Under the pieces are notes generated by a model. The model had not been told where the DNA came from. It saw only the letters and a program-made list of their open reading frames with translations, and searched no databases. Made by a program: the position numbers and the translations under genes. From contig OZ244623.1 of assembly GCA_965218465.1 (NCBI GenBank), positions 2,735,152 through 2,799,151 of the forward strand: a stretch of DNA of 64,000 nt. The letters run 5' to 3'. Positions 50,401-57,974 of this stretch are shown here, piece by piece. The DNA is from Acidobacteriota bacterium. GTDB lineage: Bacteria; Acidobacteriota; UBA6911; RPQK01; G965218465. Each line of letters opens with the position of its first letter. Position 1 is the first letter of the stretch.

Positions 50401-50709
50401 TTGTTCCAGATGAGGAAGTTTTTTTTCTATACGGTTTCGATCCTATTCTTACTCAGCCTTTTTGTGGCTCCCGTCTATGCGCAGAGCGAGGGTGCGGGAG
50501 TAGTTGAGGCCCTGAGCACCAAGGCGATCGCCTTGGCCATCGCAGCCGCCGGCTGTGGCTACGCTCAGTCTCAAGCGCTCAGTGGGGGATGTCAGGGCGT
50601 CTCCAGAAACCCCGGGGCAGCCGGTACCATTCGATTCTTTATTATTCTGGGTTTGGCCTTTATTGAATTCTTGGCTTTATTGGTTTTTATCTACGTCGGT
50701 TTCTTCTAA
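50401..50709 (+). CDS. atpE: F0F1 ATP synthase subunit c with an N-terminal signal-peptide-like extension.
   Basis: The C-terminal hairpin has ..GVSRNPGAAG.. and the ion-binding Glu in LAFIEFLALLVF (no S/T after the Glu, so an H+-type site). About 30 extra N-terminal residues (MFQMRKFFFYTVSILFLLSLFVAPVYAQSEG) are present. Confidence 0.85.
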   Translation: MFQMRKFFFYTVSILFLLSLFVAPVYAQSEGAGVVEALSTKAIALAIAAAGCGYAQSQALSGGCQGVSRNPGAAGTIRFFIILGLAFIEFLALLVFIYVGFF

Positions 50710-51150
50710 TGTGGATTCCAGCCCTTGCCGACTAGCTGAGAGATCGGGGCAGGGCGTGCCCTTCCGGCCTGTCCCCAACTCCTGACCACACGGCTAAAGA
50801 AGAACAACTTCCGCTCCCCTGCTGCCGGACCTCTGCGCGACTTTTGGAGCCGGCAGCCGGCACTGTTGGGTCTGTCCGGCAACGGACAGGCCACAAGTTC
50901 TCAGCCGTGCTCGGGAGGCCCCGAAGAAATCCTGCCGTGGTTTCCTGACCCTTGCCGAAAAATGGCCTTGAGAGGCATCGAGCATTCAAGCCACTACCAT
51001 TTCCGACTCTCCATTCTCTTTTGAGTGCCCGGCCCTATCCGATTCTTCTCCTGAGCTTCTTGAACTGTTACAATCATTGGTCAGCGGCCGATCTCGTCCC
51101 CACCGGAAGTTCCGGAATGCGGTTGCCGGGCCGCCGAGGAGTTAAGGGAG

Positions 51151-51588
51151 ATGCCCCGGACGAAATTCCTGATTGCCGGTGGTTTGATCGTCGCCGCCAT
51201 TACCTTGCTGATGTGGAGTGGTGTCAACAGCTCCATGGTTTATTACTACTCCGTCTCGGAACTTCACTCCCAGAGCGACCGACTTTACGACAAAGGAATT
51301 CGGGTCAGCGGCCAAGTAGCGGTGAACAGCATCCGCCTGGAAAGTAGCCGGTCGGAGGTCGAGTTTCGGATCCTGGAACGAGCCACCGGTCAAACCCTTC
51401 CTGTGGAATACATGGGGATCATTCCTGATACCTTCAAGGACCGTGCAGAGGTTGTCGTCGAGGGCAAGTACGACTCCACGGACGGAATTTTTCACGCTAC
51501 CACGCTGCTTGCCAAGTGTCCCTCCAAGTACGAGGCCTTATACGAAGAGTCGGCAGCCGAGGGCAAGCCTGCTGCGGAAACTCTCTGA
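51151..51588 (+). CDS. ccmE: Cytochrome c maturation heme chaperone CcmE, Cys-type (CxxxY) variant.
   Basis: It has an N-terminal anchor and an OB-fold (..RVSGQVAVNSI.. VEYMGIIPDTFKDRAEVVVEGKY..). The motif LLAKCPSKYEA aligns to E. coli LAKHDENY, with the heme-binding His replaced by Cys. Confidence 0.85.
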   Translation: MPRTKFLIAGGLIVAAITLLMWSGVNSSMVYYYSVSELHSQSDRLYDKGIRVSGQVAVNSIRLESSRSEVEFRILERATGQTLPVEYMGIIPDTFKDRAEVVVEGKYDSTDGIFHATTLLAKCPSKYEALYEESAAEGKPAAETL

Positions 51589-51618
51589 CCGCGAGTTCCG
51601 TGGCAGAGAATTCGACAA

Positions 51619-53607
51619 ATGATTGAACTGGGCCGATATTGCCTGTTGGGTGCTCTGCTGCTCTGCGGTTACGGCTTGGTTGCCTCCAGCTGGGGCGCCA
51701 GACGCCGCAGCTTGGTCTGGATTCGCAGCGGAGAGAATGCGGCCCTGGCAAATTTTGGCTTCCTGCTGGCGGCCTCGATTTGTCTTTGGATCTTGCTTCT
51801 GACCGATCAGTTTCAGGTCGAGTATGTCTTTGGCTACAGCGCCCTCAATCAGCCCGTGGGTTACAAGTTCACCGCCTTCTGGGGTGGCCAAAGCGGTAGC
51901 CTCTTGTTTTGGGCGTTACTGCTTTCGCTTTTCGCGGCCATAGCGGTATTGCAGAATCGGCGTCGCAACCGCGACCTGATGCCGGCCACGACTGCCGTGC
52001 TGATGGGAACCAGCTTCTTCTTCACTTTACTGCTTAATTTAGCCACCAATCCATTTGACGTGTTGCCTAATGTTCCCCCCGACGGGCAGGGGCTCAACCC
52101 CCTGTTGCAGAACTGGTATATGACCATTCACCCGCCCATGCTCTATCTTGGCTACATTGGGCTGACCGTCCCTTTTGCTTTCGCGATGGGGGCTCTGATC
52201 AGCGGACGGTTGGACACGAGTTGGATCGCCGTGACCCGTCGCTGGGCTCTAGTCAGCTGGTGCTTCCTGACTTTCGGCATCACGCTGGGAGGCATGTGGG
52301 CTTACGAAGAACTTGGTTGGGGTGGCTATTGGGCCTGGGACCCGGTAGAGAACGCGTCTTTCATGCCTTGGCTGGTGGCTACGGCCTTTATCCACTCGCT
52401 GATGATCACCGAGAAAAAGGGCATGCTCAAAATGTGGAACTTCGCCCTGATTCTGCTGGCATTTGAGCTCGCCATTTTTGGCACGTTCATTACCCGCAGT
52501 GGCGTAATATCATCGGTGCACTCTTTTGCCCTTTCCAACCTGGGACCCTTTTTCGTTGTCTTTATCGTCCTCAGCTCGGCGATTGGTCTCTTTTGGATCT
52601 TCTATCGATCGGCCCACTTGAGGAGCCAGCTCAAGATGCAGTCGTTTCTCTCGCGAGAGGCCACCTTCCTGCTTAACAATTGGCTCTTTGTATCGATCTG
52701 TTTCGCGGTTTTCTGGGGGACTGTATTCCCCATCCTCTCAGAATGGGTCACCGGCGATAAGATTACGGTATCAGCACCTTTTTTCAACCGCGTTACGACG
52801 CCTCTTTGGCTGGGCTTGCTGGTCTTAACGGGAATCTGCCCGTTGATTGCCTGGCGCAAGGCTTCTTTCAAGAATTTTCGCCGTAATTTTGTCTATCCGC
52901 TATTGGGAGGGCTGACCAGCGGGCTATTGGTTGTGACGTTGGGAGTCCGTGGCTGGTGGCCTCTCTTGTTTTTTTCCGCCGCCGGTTTTGTAGCGCTTAC
53001 CGTCTTTTTCGAGTTCTACAAGGGCGCCCGTGCCCGCCAGGCGATTCGGCCGACAGGTTTTCTTCCTGCCCTGATCGATCTGGTCACCATGAATAAGCGT
53101 CGCTACGGCGGCTTTACCATCCACTTCGGTGTCATTCTGGTTTTTGTTGGGATCACGGCCAGTTCGTTTTTTGGGGTCGAGCGCTTCTTCACCGTAAAGG
53201 AGGGAGAGAGCTTCACTCTTGCGGGGTACACCATGAAATTCAGCGGTCTTAGGGAACGACGCGATCCCGAGAAGACTGTGATTCTGGCTCCACTGGAGGT
53301 TTACCGGGCCGGTGAGTTTTTGACACAGCTCACCCCTGAGAAGCATTTCCACAACAAGAGTGATCAGCCGCAGACGGAAGTCGAGATTCGGTCAACGGTG
53401 AAAGAAGACCTTTACATCGTGCTATCCGGCTGGGACGAAAACGGCGCCACCTTTCACGTTTATGTCAATCCTCTGGTTATGGTAATCTGGCTGGGCGTAG
53501 CTGTTATGGTAGCGGGAGGACTCTTCGTGTTGCTCCCTAATCGAAAACGAGTTACTCCCATTGCTGTCCGAGCCTCTCCGGCAAAGGTGCGGGATGAAGC
53601 GGCTTAG
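51619..53607 (+). CDS. ccmF: Cytochrome c-type biogenesis protein CcmF (heme lyase component).
   Basis: The 662-aa protein has the WWD domain (..WGGYWAWDPVENASFMPWL..) and conserved His residues. Confidence 0.9.
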   Translation: MIELGRYCLLGALLLCGYGLVASSWGARRRSLVWIRSGENAALANFGFLLAASICLWILLLTDQFQVEYVFGYSALNQPVGYKFTAFWGGQSGSLLFWALLLSLFAAIAVLQNRRRNRDLMPATTAVLMGTSFFFTLLLNLATNPFDVLPNVPPDGQGLNPLLQNWYMTIHPPMLYLGYIGLTVPFAFAMGALISGRLDTSWIAVTRRWALVSWCFLTFGITLGGMWAYEELGWGGYWAWDPVENASFMPWLVATAFIHSLMITEKKGMLKMWNFALILLAFELAIFGTFITRSGVISSVHSFALSNLGPFFVVFIVLSSAIGLFWIFYRSAHLRSQLKMQSFLSREATFLLNNWLFVSICFAVFWGTVFPILSEWVTGDKITVSAPFFNRVTTPLWLGLLVLTGICPLIAWRKASFKNFRRNFVYPLLGGLTSGLLVVTLGVRGWWPLLFFSAAGFVALTVFFEFYKGARARQAIRPTGFLPALIDLVTMNKRRYGGFTIHFGVILVFVGITASSFFGVERFFTVKEGESFTLAGYTMKFSGLRERRDPEKTVILAPLEVYRAGEFLTQLTPEKHFHNKSDQPQTEVEIRSTVKEDLYIVLSGWDENGATFHVYVNPLVMVIWLGVAVMVAGGLFVLLPNRKRVTPIAVRASPAKVRDEAA

Positions 53608-54061
53608 CCTTTCGATTTTGTTCGTCAGTCTGTTGGCCCCCTCGGTTTCAGCGGCGGTGGAGGTCGACCGGGAAGATCTGATCAGGATCACCGGCAACAT
53701 CGTCTGTACTTGTGGTTCCTCGGGGTGTCCACCGACCCACCTGGTCCGCCATTGCTCCTGTGCCAATGCCCAAAAGATGTCGCAGGAGGTGGCAAGTCTA
53801 CTGGCCGAGGGCAAGAACGACGAGGAGATTTACGGTTACTACATTGAGAGGTTTGGAGCCACGGTCATGGCCTCTCCCAATGCCGAAGGTTTCAACTTGT
53901 TGGGTTGGAGCTTGCCTTTTGTGGCGCTCGTATTGGGCGGAGGAGTCGTAGTGGGGGTGTACCGACGGCTCAGAACGACCCAAGCGGCTTCCCCACCGGC
54001 GGTGAGGTCCGATTTGGACCCCAAATACCGGGAAATGTTGGATCGAGAGTTGGCGGAATAG
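53594..54061 (+). CDS. ccmH: CcmH/NrfF-like cytochrome c biogenesis protein.
   Basis: It has a signal peptide (MKRLSLSILFVSLLAPSVSAAV), a Cys-rich segment (VCTCGSSGCPP) and a C-terminal TM. Its position after ccmF supports the call. The start is trimmed from 53561. Confidence 0.6.
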   Translation: MKRLSLSILFVSLLAPSVSAAVEVDREDLIRITGNIVCTCGSSGCPPTHLVRHCSCANAQKMSQEVASLLAEGKNDEEIYGYYIERFGATVMASPNAEGFNLLGWSLPFVALVLGGGVVVGVYRRLRTTQAASPPAVRSDLDPKYREMLDRELAE

Positions 54062-54087
54062 TCAGCCGGCTTTGCCCAAAGCGATTC

Positions 54088-54393
54088 ATGATTTTGATGA
54101 TTGCGCCGCTACTCTTCATCGCGGCCATTATTTTCGTCGCCTACCCGTTTCTCACCGATACCAGAGAGGCTGAGGTTCGCGAGCGGGAAATGACCAAGGA
54201 AGAAATCGCCGTCCAGCGCAAAGAAGACCTCATAACGGTGCTCAAGGACATCGAGATGGACTACCGCATGGGCAAGTTGTCCGATCAGGATTACCGGAAT
54301 CTCAAGAACGAGCATGAGTTCGAGGCGGTAGAGATCCTGCGATCGCTGGAGAAAATACGCCGAGAGCAAGCGAACCGGAAAAAGAACGGCTGA
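54088..54393 (+). CDS. Hypothetical single-TM coiled-coil protein embedded in the ccm cluster.
   Basis: It starts MILMIAPLLFIAAIIFVAYPFL and then has a charged helical segment (..REAEVREREMTKEEIAVQRKEDL..). It sits between ccmH and ccmA on the same strand. Confidence 0.5.
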   Translation: MILMIAPLLFIAAIIFVAYPFLTDTREAEVREREMTKEEIAVQRKEDLITVLKDIEMDYRMGKLSDQDYRNLKNEHEFEAVEILRSLEKIRREQANRKKNG

Positions 54394-54395
54394 AG

Positions 54396-55139
54396 ATGGC
54401 CTTGCCGGCGTCCGCTGTTCCGCTGCTTTCCCTTTCAGGAGTCACCAAACGCTACGGCCTCGTTGCCGCCTTGCAAGACATCTCTCTCCAGGTCTTCAGG
54501 GGTGAGTTCGTCGCCATCTTCGGACCCAACGGAGCCGGTAAGAGTACGTTGTTAAGGGTCGTTTCCCAACTCGTCCAGCCTACCCGGGGAAGCGTGGAGA
54601 TAGCGGACGTTGCGGCTGACCGAGCCCAGCTCGGCTATGTTTCCCACCAATCAATGCTTTACAACGAAATGACGGGTTTGGAAAACTTGGTTTTCTTTGC
54701 CCGGCTCCACGGTCTGGAAAAACCCCAACAGGCGGCTAGCCGATTGCTCGACAGGATGGGCCTCACTACGGCTGGAGGGCAACTTGTGCAGGGCTATTCT
54801 CGGGGGATGAAACAGCGATTGACTCTGGCGAGAGCACTACTCCACCGGCCTGGCTTGCTGTTACTTGACGAACCCTATGCGGGTCTGGATCAACAGGGAA
54901 GGGATCTGTTAACGACAATGCTGCGGAGCCTACACCGGAGGCGCACGACTATCCTGCTGGTCACCCATAATCTGGAAGAAGGTTTTCGGCTCTGTAGCCG
55001 GGTTGTGATCCAGCATCGGGGACAACTGGTCTACCAGGGAACTCGGGCTGCCGTGCAAGCCGCCGGTCTGGAGTCACTCTATGGGCGAGCGGTGGACGGC
55101 GGCAAGGTAGCCGACTCTAGCGCGAGGCGTCGAACATGA
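54396..55139 (+). CDS. ccmA: Heme exporter ATP-binding protein CcmA.
   Basis: It has ABC motifs (GPNGAGKST, LSGGMKQRLTLARAL-like YSRGMKQRLTLARAL, LLLDEP) and is followed by ccmB and ccmC. Confidence 0.85.
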   Translation: MALPASAVPLLSLSGVTKRYGLVAALQDISLQVFRGEFVAIFGPNGAGKSTLLRVVSQLVQPTRGSVEIADVAADRAQLGYVSHQSMLYNEMTGLENLVFFARLHGLEKPQQAASRLLDRMGLTTAGGQLVQGYSRGMKQRLTLARALLHRPGLLLLDEPYAGLDQQGRDLLTTMLRSLHRRRTTILLVTHNLEEGFRLCSRVVIQHRGQLVYQGTRAAVQAAGLESLYGRAVDGGKVADSSARRRT

Positions 55140-55822
55140 ACGCAGCCAACCAGCTGCGATTGATCGGCGTGCTGGCAGCCAAGGACTGGAGGATCGAATC
55201 GCGGAGGCCGCAGGCTTTTCTGAACACCCTCTTTTTTGCGGTATTGATTCTGATCATTTTCAACTTTGCCTTTGATCCGGGAAGTCCCGCCACTCGCGAA
55301 GCAGCACCGGGGATTCTCTGGGTGGCCCTGCTCTTTCCCGGCGTCATCCAACTCAACCGCTCCTTCCAGTCCGAAACTGAGGAAGGGACCCTGCAGGGGA
55401 TCGTGCTCTCGCCAATGGACCGCGGGGCTGTTTTTCTGGGCAAGTTCTTGGCCAATTGGATTTTTTTGGTGGTCATCGACCTCTTGATTCTGGTGGCCTT
55501 TGTACTCTTTTACAACTTTTCCTTTACACTCTCATTGCTTTGGATTGTATTGACGTTGGTGCTGGCAGTGGCCGGGTTCACAGCGATAGGAACTTTGCTG
55601 GCGGCTATGCTGGCCACAATCCGAAGGCAAGATGTCTTGTTGCCGATCTTGCTCTTTCCGCTGCTGATTCCTATAATCCTGGCCGCCGTAAGCACCTCCC
55701 AGGAGATTCTGATCCGTCAGGAAGAGGAGTTTCTAGCCCAGTGGCTACAGTTTCTTGTCGGCTTCGATGTGGTCTTCCTGGCCGCCGGATTCATGGTGTT
55801 TGACTATGTTGTGGGAGACTGA
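55136..55822 (+). CDS. ccmB: Heme exporter protein CcmB.
   Basis: It is a six-TM protein with the conserved CcmB motif (..FESETEEGTLQGIVLSP..). Confidence 0.85.
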   Translation: MNAANQLRLIGVLAAKDWRIESRRPQAFLNTLFFAVLILIIFNFAFDPGSPATREAAPGILWVALLFPGVIQLNRSFQSETEEGTLQGIVLSPMDRGAVFLGKFLANWIFLVVIDLLILVAFVLFYNFSFTLSLLWIVLTLVLAVAGFTAIGTLLAAMLATIRRQDVLLPILLFPLLIPIILAAVSTSQEILIRQEEEFLAQWLQFLVGFDVVFLAAGFMVFDYVVGD

Positions 55823-56537
55823 AATTCGCAGCCGGTTGGCTCGGGCTCGAACCTGCTTGCGCTTGAACCAATGGCTAATGGTCTTGCTGCTGCCCGCTGT
55901 GGCGGTGGCGCTCTACGGAGCCTTCCTCTACGCGCCCACCGAAAAGATCATGGGGGAAGTCCAGCGAATCTTCTACTTTCACGTCAGCTCGGCATTTGCG
56001 TCGTTTGCCTCCTTCTTTGTTGTTCTGGTGGCGGGGATAGCCTATTTGACTTCGCGGCGGTCTTTTTGGGACGCTTTGGGGGCTGCTTCCGCTGAAGTCG
56101 GACTTCTCTTCACCTTGGTCGTGATGACCACCGGTCCCATCTGGTCCAAGCCGGCTTGGAACACTTGGTTTGCGTGGGGAGATCCCCGCATCATGACCGA
56201 GTTGGTGCTGATGTTGATTTTTGTCGCCTATTTCGTGCTCAGGTCAACGATGCCGGAGGGAGAGCAAAAGTACAAATACAGTGCTATCTTCGGAATTCTC
56301 GGCGCCCTCAATGTTCCCCTCGTGTTCATGTCGATTCGGTGGTGGCGAACCATGCACCCCGTGATCATCACCACCACTGAAATCAAGCTTGCTCCCGCTA
56401 TGCGGGATGCCGCACTGATGGCCCTCGTGGCTTGTCTCTTGCTGTTGACGGTTTTGATCTTGCTCCGCACGGCCCAACGGATGCACCAGCAAGTGACCTG
56501 GGAGTTGGTACACCGCCGGCGGGAGTTGACGCAATGA
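55806..56537 (+). CDS. ccmC: Heme exporter protein CcmC.
   Basis: It has the WWD motif (..WNTWFAWGDPRIMTELVL..) and conserved His residues. Its start is ambiguous (55755, 55806 or downstream). Confidence 0.85.
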   Translation: MLWETEIRSRLARARTCLRLNQWLMVLLLPAVAVALYGAFLYAPTEKIMGEVQRIFYFHVSSAFASFASFFVVLVAGIAYLTSRRSFWDALGAASAEVGLLFTLVVMTTGPIWSKPAWNTWFAWGDPRIMTELVLMLIFVAYFVLRSTMPEGEQKYKYSAIFGILGALNVPLVFMSIRWWRTMHPVIITTTEIKLAPAMRDAALMALVACLLLLTVLILLRTAQRMHQQVTWELVHRRRELTQ

Positions 56538-56698
56538 GTGCCAATGGATACCTCTTTTCGGCCTATCTTCTGATCTGGATATTGCTTTTCTGCTATTTGG
56601 TTTTCCTCCATCGGCGCCAGCGAAGAATAGCTGATGAGCTCGCAAACCTTGAAGAGACCGGCAATGCCCCCCGGGCAGGCAACGGCGATCCGTTATAA
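56534..56698 (+). CDS. ccmD: Heme exporter protein CcmD.
   Basis: The 54-aa single-TM protein is MSANGYLFSAYLLIWILLFCYLVFLHRRQRRIADEL... Its ATG overlaps the ccmC stop (ATGA). Confidence 0.7.
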   Translation: MSANGYLFSAYLLIWILLFCYLVFLHRRQRRIADELANLEETGNAPRAGNGDPL

Positions 56699-56705
56699 TG
56701 GGTGA

Positions 56706-57635
56706 GTGAGTCCTCAGATTTTCCGCTTGGCGGTGTTATTTCTCACCCTTACACCAGTTGCGGCGGCTGCGTCACGGCAGGCCCGCTATCTGAACTTTTC
56801 GGCGGTCAACAAGCACGGTATCTTCTTACGGGATCTCGATCCGTCGGAAGTCAAGCTGCTCATCGACCAGCGACTGGTAGAAATCCGTTTCTTGGGTTCT
56901 CAAAATGTTTCGACCGCAACCGTTTTCCTGATCGAAAACAGCCCGCGAACCGCCCAGTACAACGTTAGCATGCCTCATCTCGGTCGTATCAACACGATCG
57001 ATCGGGTTCGTTTCCACCTGATGGACGGATTTATCGAGTCGATGGTCAAGGTAGGGCCGGTGCTCATTGCCGAGTTCTATCGGGAATTAGAGCTCCTGCA
57101 TGACTTTACCGATCGAGATTACAGTTTGGTGGAGGCGCTGCGGAGACTTAAACCCAAGGTAGCGTATTTGGATAAAGAGAACATCCCGGTTGCCAGAAGC
57201 ATCGGGTGGGGCGCCGACCTGTTGCGAAACCGTCCCGAGAAACGCAAGCTGCTGGTCCTGTTCACGACCGTCGTCGATCGCGAGTCCCTTGCCAACCTGG
57301 ACGAATACAGGGAGATGCTCCGTGACTTGGATCTTGATCTCTATGTAGTCTCTTTTGCCTCCAGGGCTTCCGGCGGTATTGGCTATACACACACTGAGCG
57401 GGCCAACCGGTTCTTCTTCAAGGAACTTACCGACGAGACCTCGGGGCGCTTCTATTTGTCAGGCGAATACGCCTACAACTATGAGTTTCTCGAGGACCTG
57501 AGGGCCCGCCTGACCAACCTCTACACTATTGGCTTTTACGTACAACCAAGCCCCAAGCCTGAGACCCATAAAATTCGCCTTGAGATCGATCGACCGGGCT
57601 GTGACATTACTCATCGTAAAGTGTTGATCTACTGA
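56706..57635 (+). CDS. Secreted hypothetical protein (possible degenerate VWA-like fold).
   Basis: It has a GTG start and a signal peptide (MSPQIFRLAVLFLTLTPVAAAAS). A beta-alpha segment (KRKLLVLFTTVVDRESL) hints at a VWA-like fold without a clear MIDAS. Confidence 0.55.
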   Translation: MSPQIFRLAVLFLTLTPVAAAASRQARYLNFSAVNKHGIFLRDLDPSEVKLLIDQRLVEIRFLGSQNVSTATVFLIENSPRTAQYNVSMPHLGRINTIDRVRFHLMDGFIESMVKVGPVLIAEFYRELELLHDFTDRDYSLVEALRRLKPKVAYLDKENIPVARSIGWGADLLRNRPEKRKLLVLFTTVVDRESLANLDEYREMLRDLDLDLYVVSFASRASGGIGYTHTERANRFFFKELTDETSGRFYLSGEYAYNYEFLEDLRARLTNLYTIGFYVQPSPKPETHKIRLEIDRPGCDITHRKVLIY

Positions 57636-57974
57636 TTTGGCTCCGCCAGCGAGGAGTTGCCTCCCGAAGGCATTCAAGGCTGGGTTTGCTTGGACACAAG
57701 AAGGTCCGTCAGCATCGGCATGTCCGCGTCGCTGTCAGCCGCGTTGAAGAACATGATTCCCTTGCGGGCGCCCTCTTTCCCCCGAACTGCCCTAAGACAG
57801 CACAGTTCGTCGGGGTGTCGCCTGGGAAGCACGCTGGGTTGCCCGTGTGGGAACGGTTGGCCGGGGCGGGGAAGGTGATCACAAGGTGCGCCCCCCACGA
57901 GATGAAGAACAGGCAAGAAGGCCGGGTGGACGCCTGCCACAGATGGCAAATCTATCCCGTCCATTTCCGGGAAG

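Noticed and set aside
49009-50709. An N-ATPase (atpDC-atpQ-atpR-atpB-atpE...) interpretation of two small membrane genes preceding atpB.
   Set aside because: There is no atpD or atpC upstream (nuoN is there instead), and no atpF/A/G follows. The small proteins fit the AtpZ/AtpI pattern. The c subunit lacks the Na+-site Ser/Thr.
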